Of a stretch of DNA of 64,000 nucleotides, positions 40,793 to 54,349 are shown piece after piece. A program made the translations under genes and the position numbers. The stretch is from Octopus sinensis (lineage: Eukaryota): contig NC_043006.1 in the NCBI RefSeq assembly GCF_006345805.1, positions 87,110,001 to 87,174,000 of the forward strand, written 5' to 3'. The notes beneath the pieces were generated by a model, which searched no databases, was not told the DNA's origin, and saw only the letters and a program-made list of their open reading frames with translations. How positions within the stretch are numbered: the stretch's first letter is position 1; each line of letters opens with the position of its first letter.

Positions 40793-40976
40793 CCAGTGGC
40801 ATGTAAAAAGTACCCAGCACACTCTGTTAAGTGGTTGGCATTAGGAAGGGCATCCAGCTTAGAAAACATGTCACAATAGATGATTAAAGCGTGGACAGCT
40901 CCCAGCTGGTCAGCTTCATGTCAATCCATCCAGCCTTTGCCAGCATCGAAAGTGGACATTGAATGATGATGATGAT
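40793..40976 (+). mobile_element. Family C repeat, short 3' piece
   Basis: GTGGCATGTAAAAAGTACC...TTAGGAAGGGCATCCAG...(GAT)n. Confidence 0.7.
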
Positions 40977-41694
40977 ATAATTGACTACTACCTTTCACCA
41001 AATTTGTGGCCTCATACCTGAACAGAACCATTACTATTCCTCCTTATCTTCCTCATGTCATGCTGCTCTCTTCCTTTTACTATACTTCATCCTTAAAGCC
41101 TCTTTTATCTGCTATCACTCCCAATGATCTCAAATATCTAACATAATCCGTCCCTTAAGCCACTCCTATATCTCTCACCATTAATTACCACAGTCACCTC
41201 TATCCCATTTCTAACCATCTCTCCTCACATTCTTATGAAACTTTCCTCTTTGTCTCACTTGCCCAGTCCAATCCTCTGTATCACTTCACCTATTTCAGTC
41301 CCCATCCACTGTACCTTGAGAGCATGTCCTAACATATATCAACTATCACCTCTCTCACTCTCTCTGTCTGCGTCTTTTCTTCTAAGTCTCTCTCCTTTTT
41401 TTTTAACTGGATTGTAGCTGTACCTCTTCCACAGCAAGACACCTATCTTTATCCCACAATTATTCTTTTAGCTTCTCATCAACTGTCACAGAGCCACCAC
41501 TCTCAATACTACTAGTCCCACTTGAGAGAACTTTGTCCTGCAGGTTACTTGGTGACTCAACCAGTACTGGTGGCATAAAAAATCATCTAGACACCCTGTA
41601 AAGGGGTTGGCATTAGGAAGGGTATCTAACTGTAGAATTCATGAAAAAACAAACAATAGAGTGTGGCACAGCCCTCTGGTCTACACGCGCACAC

Positions 41695-41748
<54 letters not shown>

Positions 41749-41750
<2 letters not shown>

Positions 41751-42490
41751 GTGTCACATCCTAGTGGTTGAGAGAACCTGTGGAAGAGGTAGGCCCAGGA
41801 AAACCCAGGATGAGGTGGTGAAACATGACCTTCAAACACTAGGCTTCACTGAAGCAATGACTAGTGACTGAAACCTTTGGAAATATGAGAAGACTTGGCA
41901 AGCCAAGTGAGGCCATAACCCATGGCCTATGCCAGTGGTGTAACCAGCCCACTTATGCATACCTTTCTTTCATTGGACACTAAACCCTGCTTGCAAAGAC
42001 CTGTTAAGGCAAGTGAAATCAAAATTGAAATCAAATTCGATGACAGCACCGCATGACTGGCATCCATCAGAGCACCATCCGAGCGTGATTGTTGCCAGGG
42101 CCACTGACTGGCTCCCATGCTGGTGGCATGGAAAAAGCACCATTCGAGCATGATCATTACCAGCATTGCTTTACTGGCACTTGTGCCGGTGGCACATAAA
42201 GAACAACATTTGAGTGAGGTCACTGCCAGTGCTGCTAGACTGGCTCCTGTGCAGGTGGCATGTAAAAGACACCATTTGAGCATGACTGTTTCATGACTGG
42301 CCCTCATGCCGGTGGCATGTAAAAGCACCCACTATACTCTCAGAATGGTTGGTGTTAGAAAAGGCATCCAACTGTGGAAAATCTGCCAGATCAGATTGGT
42401 AGCCTGGTGTAGCCATCTGGCTTGCCAGTCCTCAGTCAGACCGTCCAACCTATGCCAACATGGAAAGTGGATGTTAAACGATGATGATGA
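41749..42490 (+). mobile_element. RTE LINE 3' end: ORF C-terminus continuous with a 3' UTR made of family C repeats
   Basis: CHILVVERTCGRGRPRKTQDEVVKHDLQTLGFTEAMTSD (cf. 54323-54631) runs into tandem ~65-bp GTGGCATG..AAAAGCACC units and the (GAT)n tail. Confidence 0.8.
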
Positions 42491-43126
42491 TATGATAGAA
42501 GTTAGTACTATCTTAGGATATGCTTTAATACTAAATCTTGCATGCATACACACACATGTGCGCATGTGTGTGTGTGTGTGCATGTGCAGGAAGTAGTATT
42601 AGAGTATATCTCAAGGTAGTGCTAATTTCTGTTACTGCTAGCATAACTTTTCAACAAAACAAATAGAACAGACAAAATTGCTCAATCTAATATCCCTTGG
42701 CTATACCTGAATGATGGAGATAATGGTGATGGTGATTATGATTATGAGCATATGCTGATGGCGGTCTTGGTATTATGTACTAGTATTACATAGTATTCAA
42801 TTAAGTGCTTATAGGTTAAGCTATGAGAGATGGAACTATAAATACAGTAGTAAACATTAGGATAAAACATACTGGCTTAATGCAATTATGTATGAGTTAA
42901 TGTGTGTGAGGAAAGATTCAGAAGAGGTGTGTGAATGTGTGTGTAAGTGATATGAGGGAAATCTGTGCTATTCAACAAGTTAAGTAAATAATGGCAGAAG
43001 CATTGTCACCAGACAAAGTTTTGAATGGAAACCACTTAGTCTTCATTAAACCATCATACATCTATTTCTCTCAAGAAATCTCACTTTTTCTCTCTCTGTC
43101 TCTCTCTCTCCTTCTCTCGCTCTCCT

Positions 43127-43166
<40 letters not shown>

Positions 43167-43223
43167 GTTATATATATATATATATATATATGTCTATGTG
43201 ATCCTAGTTTAACACATATTTAC

Positions 43224-43266
<43 letters not shown>

Positions 43267-43718
43267 TATATACACATATATAAATACATTTGGATGTGTG
43301 TATTTAGGAGTTATATAGCTTTTAAAGATTAGCTAAGTGGCAGCGATTTATATTGAACCATATACACAAATAACCAAAATGACTATGTAAAGACTTTCTG
43401 ACTATGGTTCAGAGATGTCATTTAGTAAAAGAAATATCTTTTAACACAAACACACGCATATATATATACATATATATACACACATACATATACATACACA
43501 CACGTACAAATATGCACACATATATACACATATGCACACACACACATATATATATACATATACATGCACACACATATATATCTATCTATATATATATATA
43601 ATATATATATATATACTTGTATATACATATATATATATATTCATATATATATATATATATATAGATATATATATATATACATATGTATATTTATACATAT
43701 ATATTATATACTTGTGTG

Positions 43719-43751
<33 letters not shown>

Positions 43752-43909
43752 GTATATATACATGTGTGTATTTATATGTATATATATGTGCAAATGTATA
43801 TATATATCTATATAGAGAAAACAGAAAATGGAAAAATTATTGATGAACAACAATTGACTTACATCAATTATTATTTATTAACTTAATACAAATAGACTGC
43901 ATCCCATCT

Positions 43910-44014
43910 AACAGCTGTTTCTGCTTTCAATGTTGTATGGTATTGCCACTGATGCACTAAAAATATTTATCATATTTGGTAATAAAACCAATCTGAAATG
44001 TGGAGCTTCATCAG
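43910..44014 (-). ncRNA. Degenerate hammerhead motif upstream of the PLE relic
   Basis: CUGAUGA ... GAA-ACAGCUGU-U (palindromic stem III) present, but stems I and II pair poorly. Confidence 0.35.
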
Positions 44015-44419
44015 CATAAAGAATAGATAAAGAAAAAGAGCATAGAGAAGAAATAGAGAAAAGTTGAATATGGTTGTAATCATACCATTTTGTTTGTGTG
44101 TATCTTTGGGATGTTAAGTAGATGACTAAACCAAAAACAGCAATTGGTGGATAAATCCTTTGTACAGTGGGGGATAGGATGGACAGATAATAAAAAATGA
44201 AAAATACTAGTGGGATACGCCAATAGGTTTTAGTCAGAGAAGGGTTCAAGATACACCATCTTTAATATATACATCGTCTATTTCTTATTTATTTACTATT
44301 TTGTTTATTAATTTTTAGTAATTACTTAAATAGATAACATAAATAAGTATTTAAAATGAATACTACTCGTAAAAATGAATATACAGATTGATTCATCCCT
44401 AAAAGATATACCTATCCTT

Positions 44420-45405
44420 CCTAAGAACATCTATGTTAACTAATATTTAAAATCAATGAATTCACCAATAGACTACACTGGAAAGCCTGCTACTAGACAG
44501 GGAGCATGAACTAACTTCTCACAATGTCAACACTAACACCAACACCATGGACAATAAGGACCTTACAGAAATTTTCAGAACTAGAAGAACGCCACCACCA
44601 AACAGCCACCTTATGCATTTGAACTAGAACCATGGTCCTCTTTTAAGGACATTAAGTTTAAAAAACACCCTTTAGACACAATGAACATCAGAGGAAGCTA
44701 AAGAACTTGATTCTCAAATGAAAATCTAAGAAAAGAATAATAGTACATTCAGACAAAACCATAAACACTTACAACATGAACATAAATACTTACCATGAAC
44801 TTATCCACAGAGAAATCACAAAAAAATATAAAGTAGTTCCTAGAAGCACTCTTAAAACAATCAATTTAGACCCTAAGAAAATTATGACTGATTACTATAT
44901 AGATGATAGAACAGAACCTTTTACACCTATTATACCTTGCATTACAATTAAGGACTATAAGGATAACTTCTTAAGTAACACCCAGGTTAGGCTAATTTGC
45001 CCCAATAAATCAGATTTAGGAAAACTTAGCAAAGCAATTTTAGATAAGTATATACCTACCCCTAGGAAAAACGATTAAACTTAAATTATGGACTAATACC
45101 CAAAATGCAACAGGCTGGTTCTCTAATATACAACATAAGGATAAACAAACTTTTACATACAGATATTCAAAATTACCACTCCTCTATAAACCCTACTATC
45201 TTAAAGCCTGCCCTTATTTTTGGTAAGAAACACACTAAGATCAGCATGAAAGAAACCAACGCAATCTTCACAATCTGAAAATTTATTATTGAATTTGGTA
45301 ATAAAGTGTGGGCAAGAAAGGATACAATGGGATCGTTGGATTCAGCGGAAGTGACTAACTTTGTGGGATTATATCTATTAGACAACCAACATAAGGAATT
45401 CCCAG
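44420..45405 (+). mobile_element. Penelope-like element RT relic
   Basis: IIVHSDKTINTYNM, CITIKDYKDNF..TQVRLICPNKSDLGKLSKAILD, LWTNTQNATGWFSNI, WARKDTMGSLDSAEVTNFVGLYLLD; stops and frameshifts. Confidence 0.75.
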
Positions 45406-45561
45406 AATGTTTAAACACTCTTCTGTCATTTGTTCAATATAATTTAACAGTGTTATATGTGTGTACATGCTTGCGTGTGTGTTTATACACACACACACAC
45501 ACACAAGTGAGTAGACAGATGAAAGAAGGGCATTCAACACATTTGTTGGGAGTTACATTTA

Positions 45562-45636
45562 TGGATCAAAAAAGTTTGATTCAAACTCCTTGGCACTCTG
45601 AATATCAAGGAGTTTGAATCAAACTGTTTTGATCCA
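45562..45636. repeat. 31-bp inverted repeat (30/31) with 13-nt loop
   Basis: TGGATCAAAAAAGTTTGATTCAAACTCCTTG / CAAGGAGTTTGAATCAAACTGTTTTGATCCA. Confidence 0.9.
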
Positions 45637-45722
45637 ATATATATATATATACCGGAGTAAACACATAAATGTGAAACAAGGTGGAAAAAAGAGTACTCAA
45701 ATACCAGTGGTAGAGTAATATG

Positions 45723-45870
45723 CTTTATTTAAAGCAACAGAAAATTCAACAAAACCTGTTACTCTGAGTTTCACATTCCCGTTCGTCGGACAGTTTTTGC
45801 TGTCCGACGAACGGGAATGTGAAACTCAGAGTAACAGGTTTTGTTGAATTTTCTGCTGCTTTAAATAAAG
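45723..45870. repeat. 71-bp inverted repeat (70/71) with 6-nt loop, each arm carrying a hammerhead motif
   Basis: 45723-45793 vs 45800-45870; loop TTTTTG. Confidence 0.93.
45750..45799 (-). ncRNA. Type I hammerhead motif, U4C variant (mirror copy on + at 45800-45837)
   Basis: Minus: CAAAAACUGU-CCGACGA-ACG GGAA UGU-GAA-ACU CAG AGU-A^ACAGGUUUUG; stem I 9/10 paired. Confidence 0.65.
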
Positions 45871-45884
45871 TATATATATATATA

Positions 45885-46015
45885 CAGGGTGTCCCAAAAA
45901 AATGTATACACACCTTAAATAATTGTAAATTTGTTATTCTTTGTAAGCCTAGTACTTATTCTATTGTTCTCTTTTGCCGAACCACTATGTGTATACATTT
46001 TTTGGGGACACCCTG
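45885..46015. mobile_element. Tc1/mariner-type MITE
   Basis: 28-bp TIRs CAGGGTGTCCC(A/C)AAAAAATGTATACACA (27/28), TA on the left; interior includes a SINE-A fragment. Confidence 0.75.
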
Positions 46016-47497
46016 TGTATATATATATATATTATCATCCATCCATCCATACACACATACATACACACACACACACGCACACACATATACATACGTATAG
46101 TTTACAGATCCAACATAGATAGACTCAACAAAAAAGTATTCCATCTTTTTGATGAGATAAACATCAATTTAATACACAATTATAAAAGACCTACTAATAC
46201 TTTAAATTGGCAGGCTTATAAAACAAGCTATGTATCACTAAGCAATCATTCAGGTTCAGTTCATACATGAGATGTATTTAAAACAAGGCTGCTCGACTAC
46301 GACAAAATGAAGATAAATGAGATGAATCAATGCAAAGAAGGTTGATGCAAGAAGTGGAATGAGAAGAAAGAAAAGTAAGAAATCCAAGATCTTCATCCTC
46401 TTTGATGGTAAAAAAATCATAACTAATGTAGCTGGTGTAGAATGATATTACAGAGGGGAGGTCCAAGCCTGCAAGACAGTGAGTCAATCCAGAGTGAGCA
46501 GTGTCCTGCAGTCCAACAAAAAAAAACTTGTTCATATGTCTGCACCTGTTAAAACTTTTGGATCTAGATTTAAGGAATCTGGTGGAATTCTTGGATCTAA
46601 AAAGAATGCTCGATCTTTCTCCTCTGCATAAGTTGCATTTCTTAGATCTATTAACTTTGGTCTCTTTTCTTCTATATCATTCTGTACTTAGATTTTCTCA
46701 ACTCTTTGATGATGTCACCCTAGACTTAACCAATTAGATTTTGTTTCTGGTCAAAACCGGACCCTCAGAAAAAAAAAAAGAAAGAACCTTTCAGCTAACA
46801 AGTGACATCTTAAAGAATCAGCCAACAGGAACATTGGACAATCGTCAGTCAAAAACAAGCAACCAAGATATTTGATAGCCAAATGGCATATGCAGAAAAT
46901 CAACCAGCCAGAGCACTGAAGTATTATTGGTCAAAAACAAGTGACCAAAGCAGTTAGCAAACAAATGACGTTACCAGTAAGTCAGCCAAGCAGAAAGCTG
47001 GACAATTGCCAAACCAAAATATGTGACTAGAACATCCAAAAAGCAAGTGACATATTTACACAGTCCCCCAGCCACAGGTGGATGAGAACAATTAATGTCA
47101 TTGAGTTTATAACCAATCAGAACTCAAATTCTCCCCAACAAAACCAACAACAAAGAATTCTCCTTCATGTACAATGACAGAATCTTTTAAATATTCTTTC
47201 TATCTTTTTTTATCCTTTTAAAACTTCATGGTATCTCATTGTTAATATAACTTCTTTCTTTGAAGACAACTGAATTCTCAATCACATATGACCAAACATT
47301 TGAATACTTATTCTTCTCTATCACTGTGAAATTTATTAAACATTAGAATTTGTTTAAGCATTTGATTGTTTAAGCATGTTGTACTGAATTTTCTCTACTA
47401 CCTTCAGTCTCTCTTAAATTTTTTTATTATCCATTGAACAGCAAAAAATTTAAAACTACATCTCATTTTGAGACTTGGGTGCATTTTCAACCTCAAA

Positions 47498-47815
47498 GGG
47501 CACATGGCCCAGTGGTTAGAGTATCTGCTTCATAATCATGAGGTTGTAAGTTCAATTCCTAGACCAGGCTGCATGTTGTGTACTTGAACAAATGCTTTAT
47601 TTCATGTCATATATTTCAGCTGTATAAATCACTGGTACCAAGCTGTATCAGCCTTTACTTTTCCCTTGGATAACATTGGGAGCATGAAGAAGGAAGGCTT
47701 GTATGCATGGTCTTCCACAGACAACCTTGCCCAGACTTGTGCCTTGGAGGGGAACTTTCTAGGTGTAATCCCATGGTCATTCAAGAACAAAGGGGGGCTC
47801 TTTACCCTTTTACCC
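47498..47815 (+). mobile_element. tRNA-head SINE (further family), degenerate
   Basis: TGGCCCAGTGGTTAGAG A-box-like and GTAAGTTCAATTCC B-box-like motifs; (CTTTTACC) tail. Confidence 0.6.
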
Positions 47816-49323
47816 TATATGTGTGTGTGTGTGTGTGTTAGTGATAAGTGCCCCATCTTGTAAGATGATAGCTGTTTTACATTAATGAGACATCTGTATG
47901 TCATTGGATTTAAGTGATAAAAACTTGTACAACACTTTTGCAAATCTTTCAATGACCATTGTAGATTCCACTGACCAGCATTACAAGGTGACTGTACTAT
48001 TTCACTGCAAGTTTCATGCTAGAGTATCTTTCTCCTAGAAACTAGAGGAAATTCCAATTAGTTTTAACAAAACTGAGGAGAAGGCAGCTTTTCTAGGGTA
48101 AGATATATACATACATATATTCACACACACATGTGTGTGCATGCACACACACTTTATTTGTTGTACACAATCAAAGCTGCATTAAATTAAATTAGTCATC
48201 CATGTCTAATACTTAACATGTATACACCAATGAAAGGTATAATGCTGTGGTTTTTGTCTAAGAGAAAATTTTTTCTTATACATATGTTTCCAACATAATA
48301 TATGTCAAAATGAAGTGAACATTATCCTAGCAGTGACTCAGTATCAGTGAACGTATTATTTACTGTTTGCTATATATTGGAAGGAACAAATTTCATCAAA
48401 GCATGTGGTGACTGATTACACATCATTTACAAGGCCCAAAAAGGCCTCATTCTCATGAGCCATTGCTGTGATGATATTCACATCACTAATGTATATTGTG
48501 TTCCTAACATGTATATAAAGAGATATCCTTTCCAATAAAAACTACATCATCATACTTTTTAACTGTGTGTATACAATAGATAAGGTACAGAGATTGCTAT
48601 TTCATATATCTAATTATTTTTAGTTGGCAGAAGTTAAAATGTGACTCAAGGACCAAGAGTTTTGTGCATGGCATGGATCAAACTGACTTTAAATTTGAGA
48701 GCTTACTTTTATATAGTTTGAACTATCATCAACCATAGCTATGAAAATAATGTATATTGTACTGTAGGTATTTAAAAATTATTTCCATGTTCAAAATTGT
48801 TTGTATTACTTTTTGTCTTGTAATCAATTTTGTAACTCTTTGTGTCTATGAAGGTGAATGTGTATGAAAATATATTTGAAGAGTGAACCTAATTTGCATA
48901 GTTGTAAAGCTCCTGATGAGCTTAAGTTTTACGTTGATTTTTGTTATTGCAATTCAAAGTTTCAAAAAAATCTCATCTACATTACTAATATCCTTTGGGA
49001 AGTCATGACTGTAAAAATTTCTAAATTGCTACTTCTATTAAATTTGAGATACTACATGTATATGTGTGTATGTGTGTGTGTGTGAAGTGTTTGTGTATGA
49101 GAAAAAGAATGGGATAGACAAAACAAGACAGATACACAGGGATGAGGTGAGAGATAAAGAGAGACATTAACAGAGGAAATAATTGTATACACATATGTCT
49201 TAATGTAATGTGGCCACCAAAAGACATTTTGTTCCACAATATAGATCTTCAAGGATTGCAGAACTGCTTTATTTTAAAAGGTTATGTTCCTTTGAACAGT
49301 TAATCCTAAGATTTGCATACTTG

Positions 49324-49415
<92 letters not shown>

Positions 49416-50265
49416 TATATATATAATATATATATATATGTATATATGAGAAGGCATGAGGCTTAAGGTCCAGTTACTATGCTCTATGATCATAATGTTG
49501 GGTCTACTTCTGGAGGCATACTGTATCCTCATGAAAGGCCCTAAATTTCCAGGTGTTCCAGTCCACTCCGTGGCAAAGACCTGGATGCATTCACCATTAC
49601 ACAAGAGGGTGCCCTATAATTACTGTTGGTGCTTTTAATAACTAATGCCTGAAGTGAGAATTTCTTTTGATAGCAAACTGCAGTGAAGGTAGCATCTTTG
49701 TAGTCAAATATATCTGAAACATATTTGAATTGATCTATGCTTTCACATGCCTACTACAATATTTTGACCTAACCATTCTTATATCATATTTAATCAGTTT
49801 GTGTTTTGATACTGATTTTCTATGAGGAAGCAAGGACTTCCAGAATCATATCAGGGTTGTTACTGTTGTGGTACACAGTACATTCACAGTTCCACCAGAA
49901 ACGTTGTGAAATGTCTCCTGGTGTTTTTAACACCTACTACATAAAGCAAACATTTTTCTCAATGGTAATCTGCAGTGAAGGCTGCCTTTTTAACAGGTTA
50001 AATATGTTCAAAACACATTTGAACTAATCTAAATATCTGTTTACATATATGCACACACACATACACACACGCACACACACACACACACACATGTCCTCAC
50101 CATCATTCTAATGTCCACTTTCCATGCTTGCATACGTTGGACAGAACTTTTTGAGGCAGATTTTTCAATAGCCAGACACTTCTTGCCATTCCTTACATGT
50201 TTCTAAGGAAAGTAATATTTTCCTCATAGCTAATCATGATGTGTGTGCATGTGTGTGTGTTTATA

Positions 50266-50556
50266 GGTGCAGGCATGGCTGTATGGTAAGAAGCTTGCTT
50301 CCCAAGCACATGGTTCTGGGTTCAGTCCCACTGCATGGCACCTTGGGCAAGTGCCTTTTACTATAGCTTTGGGCCAACCAAAGCCCTGTGAGTGAATTTG
50401 GTAGACAGAAACTGGAAGAAGCCCATCGTGTATATATATATATCGATGTATGTGTGTGTGTTTGTGCTTGTGTTTGTCCCTCCATCACTACTTAACAATC
50501 GGTGTTGGTGTGTTTACATCCCTGTAACCTAGAAGTTCATAAAAAATGACTGATAG

Positions 50557-50560
<4 letters not shown>
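50266..50560 (+). mobile_element. SINE family A, 3'-truncated into (GA)n
   Basis: Head and central part present; ends at TGATAGAATAAG. Confidence 0.8.

Positions 50561-50644
<84 letters not shown>
50561..50644. repeat. (GA)n microsatellite
   Basis: Direct reading. Confidence 0.95.
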
Positions 50645-50648
<4 letters not shown>

Positions 50649-51376
50649 ACAGAAATACAGCTAGAATGTATAGTAATGCTCAATTACTGTGTTGCAGAAA
50701 CTGTTTGTATACTAATAGTTGTGGCCTAACACTAATGAAATTATTTTGTTAATTAGCTGTGTGACTTTTGGGTTTTGTTCTTAATTTTTTAATATAGTTT
50801 AGAATATTTGCATATGTACTTGAAACACAATCCCAGACAGGGGATCTGTTTGCCAATGTGATCATAATGTCTAAAGAGAGTCAATACATTTTCTCTTCTG
50901 AAGCTGACATATTTTAAGAAGTGTAGTGTTTGTGAATCAGTTTAGGCAATGTTTATATGTGAAATGAAATATCAGCTAAGTTTGACCTGAAGAATTTCAA
51001 TTTTAATCTGCAAGACAGAAGGCTGAGCAGCTGGAAATGCAAACTGTGGCTGGATAGATGTACATAACACTAATAAATCATGCTGGATGGAGAGGAAGAT
51101 GAGGGTTATGAATTACAGGAGCTGATAATACAGATGGATCAAGAAAGATTTTCAAAGGCAATCAGGTCTGACAAAAGTGGTCTTTGTTGGTATTACACTT
51201 CTATCCAACTCCTCCTTGTAGAGAAAAAATGCCAATATGGTGCTGGTGTAGATGATGGCTACGAGGAGGATATTGAGATGTTGAGAATCTCTGTGATGAA
51301 GATGACTCTAGACTAATGGAAGGAAGGCAAAACTAAGCACCATAAGATTTGAACTTGTGAACATCAGCTCCTAAAC

Positions 51377-51903
51377 CAGAGGCTCTCAACCATTTTTTAT
51401 CTATGGACCCCTTTGATTACTATTTTATTGTAGTGGACCTCCATAGCCATTCGATGTTAAAAAACTAGTTTTATAGAAATTTCTTTCAAAATTCCTATTT
51501 TCATTTTTTACACATTAACCCTTTCATTACTGTATTTATTTTGAGTTGCTCTGCTTTCCTTTCAATTATTTTTGATATAACAAAGAATTTAGTAAAATGA
51601 TGAACATAAATTGTGACTAAGCATTGGCAGACGAATTTAATTCAGAAATTTTGAAAAAATGACATTTATGCTACAGATCCAGAGCCAGTTTCAGCCAGGT
51701 TGGTAACAAATGGGTTAACTCATGTAGGTTATGTAGGATGTTAGAGAAAGAAACTTAGAGGTTTCTTTCAAAGGATACCAGTACATACATCTAAAGTAAA
51801 ATATTTTCAGGGGCCCTCAAAATACTATTGTAGATTCTCAATTTACTATTTTGTTGTGTGAACCACCAAAATATCTTCTATGGACCCTGGTTGAGAACCT
51901 CTT
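51377..51903. mobile_element. hAT-like MITE
   Basis: Terminal AGAGGCTCTCAACCA / TGGTTGAGAACCTCT (14/15), similar to recalled CAGGGGTTCTCAACC hAT TIRs; no clean 8-bp TSD. Confidence 0.55.
51515..51718. mobile_element. piggyBac-like MITE nested in the hAT-like MITE
   Basis: TTAA-CCCTTTCATTAC ... GTAACAAATGGG-TTAA; TTAA at both ends. Confidence 0.55.
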
Positions 51904-54349
51904 TAGGACTTAAAACTTTGGATACAGCAAGTATCCTTAAACAAAGTGCATAGCTTGGGACTTAGAATGCTCTTAAACTGATCAAAGTACTATTTCTTCC
52001 TTCTTTAATGAAGACAAAAATACAAATTTCATTTTGCCTAAATAATAGGCGGCTAGAATAGAAAAGAAGAGTATGGAACACAAGAAATGAAATCAAAGAA
52101 AACTAGGTACACAAAAATGCCTTATTGCAGACACATATACCCTTTATCAGTTGCTTAAAATTCTTAAAACAGGCAAAGAGTAAATTAAAACAGAAAAGTT
52201 GAAAGGAAGATTTGTAATAAACCTCAGTGGAAAGATCATTTAGTGCATAGCTTAGTCTGCCTATTACCATAAGGCAAAAACGATTGTCATTGTTAGGACT
52301 TGGTCTGTTTCTCAAGATTAGAAACTAATACAAAACGAAAAGTTAATACAAGTTGAAATTGAGAATAGAGATGGTGTGGTTGTTGTTGTTTGCTTGGTGT
52401 ATCATACTTCCTTTGTTATCTTTATTTCATTTTCTGTGGTTATTATTTTTCAATGAAAATCAAGTGAAATTCAGGTTAAAAATGAGAATCTCTTTGAAAA
52501 CATGAGTGAAATGACTTAAAAGGAAATGTGAAAAGAAAATTGAAGATGAACAGAAAAGTTTGGAGTTAACAAAAAAATGTGCAAAAAAAATATGGATGCA
52601 AGTTAAGCATAAGCAAGGCTAAAGAAAGGAATTTGACTTGGTAATTACAATAGTCAGACAGTATGTTTGATATAGGTAGAGCTAGGGAAATATCGATGTA
52701 GATGAAATATGCTTAAGGGCATAATATAGCAGCACACAAACGTATTAAATAATTGATTAAGCATACATATCTCCAAATGTAAGGATGTGTTATATGTGTG
52801 TGCACATCTGTATAAGTTATATACATATATACATACACACACACACACATATATAATAAACAATGTGCTTTCATAATGAAAATTACAAGTATGATTGTCA
52901 GCTGTAATCTCTGAGAATGTATTCACTTCACAGCAATATATGTGTGTTTGTGTTTAAGAATGTGTATGTATGTTAGTATGCACATATGTATACAGGCATA
53001 CGTACATGCTTTTACATTATACATTCACATATTTGTGAATATATAAATGTACTTATGAACATACACAATTATTCATGGTATTTATTTATCTATCTCCCTA
53101 TTTGTCAATATATATATATATATATATATATATCTACACACACGTGCACACACATATTCATACATATGTGCATACACACAAATATGTATATGCATAAATA
53201 CATGATATATACTTACATATGCATGCATTTATATATAATACTTAATTTTAAATGTATACACAAAAAAACCTCACAACGCTAATTTTTACAAATACACACA
53301 CAATGAAATATACACATTATACAAGAGAAGTATGATGTATTATTATGTTTGCTTCGAAGTGTAAGTTATGGCTTCTTAGAATTTGTTTTCCATAAACCTA
53401 GAGAAAGAATTAAAGAAACCAGCAAAGAATAAATGCTCCTGACCACCTACCCATTCTGCTTTATATTATTACCATTTTGGTTTGATTTCGAATTGTTTAG
53501 TTCATACTTTCTGAACAGTGTACTAAGAAATATATTTCTTAAAACTAAAAACAAGCTACCAATGAACTTCATAGGAATTAACATATTTTGCAGCCATTCT
53601 TGATATGCTATGTTTATATGCAACTTGTAAAGAAAAATATCTTTTAGAATTTCTTAAAATTTTACAAACAATACCTAGGAAAGTGCTTTACTTCATTCTC
53701 CTGTATCAAGTAGATAATAACGAAATGAATGAATGAAAGTGCGTGTGCATATGTGTATGTGCGTGTGTGTCTGCCTGTATGGCTCTATGGTTAAGAAATT
53801 TGTTTTGGGTTCAATTCTATTGTGTGGAAATTTGGGTTCCAATTGTGTTACCTTTGTAACTAGTCTGAAGAAATTATTAACAGAACTGTCATATAATATC
53901 ATATAGCTTTGCAAAATGTTTTATATATATAGCCCACCATATTAAATTGATAAAAAATTCTACTGATTATCAAAACGGTCATCATTTACTGTCCACTTTT
54001 CCATGCTTACACAGGTCAGACAGAATCTGTTGAAGCATATTTCCTATGCTCAGTTGCCCTTTCTCTCTCACCAATTCTCAACTGTTTCTAAGTACTTCAG
54101 GTAATATTCCCCATGATCAGATATGTTCTCCGGGAAAACTGGAAATGAAAGACACTACTTGCATGCAACAACTTTCATTTTGCAACTATTATATGAAATA
54201 AGAACATGGAAACAGTACCACACAGACACATATAGATTCATGTATATACATGTCTTAAATTTCCCATCTACTGAATCCATTCACAAGACTTTGGTGGACC
54301 CAGGGCTGTAAAAAAATTTTGTTCAAGGTGCCATGCAGTGAGACTGAAC

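Noticed and set aside
49660-50045. Second retrozyme-like unit (diverged direct repeats around CTGCAGTGAAGG, period ~291 bp)
   Set aside because: The repeats are highly diverged and I found no hammerhead core on either strand.
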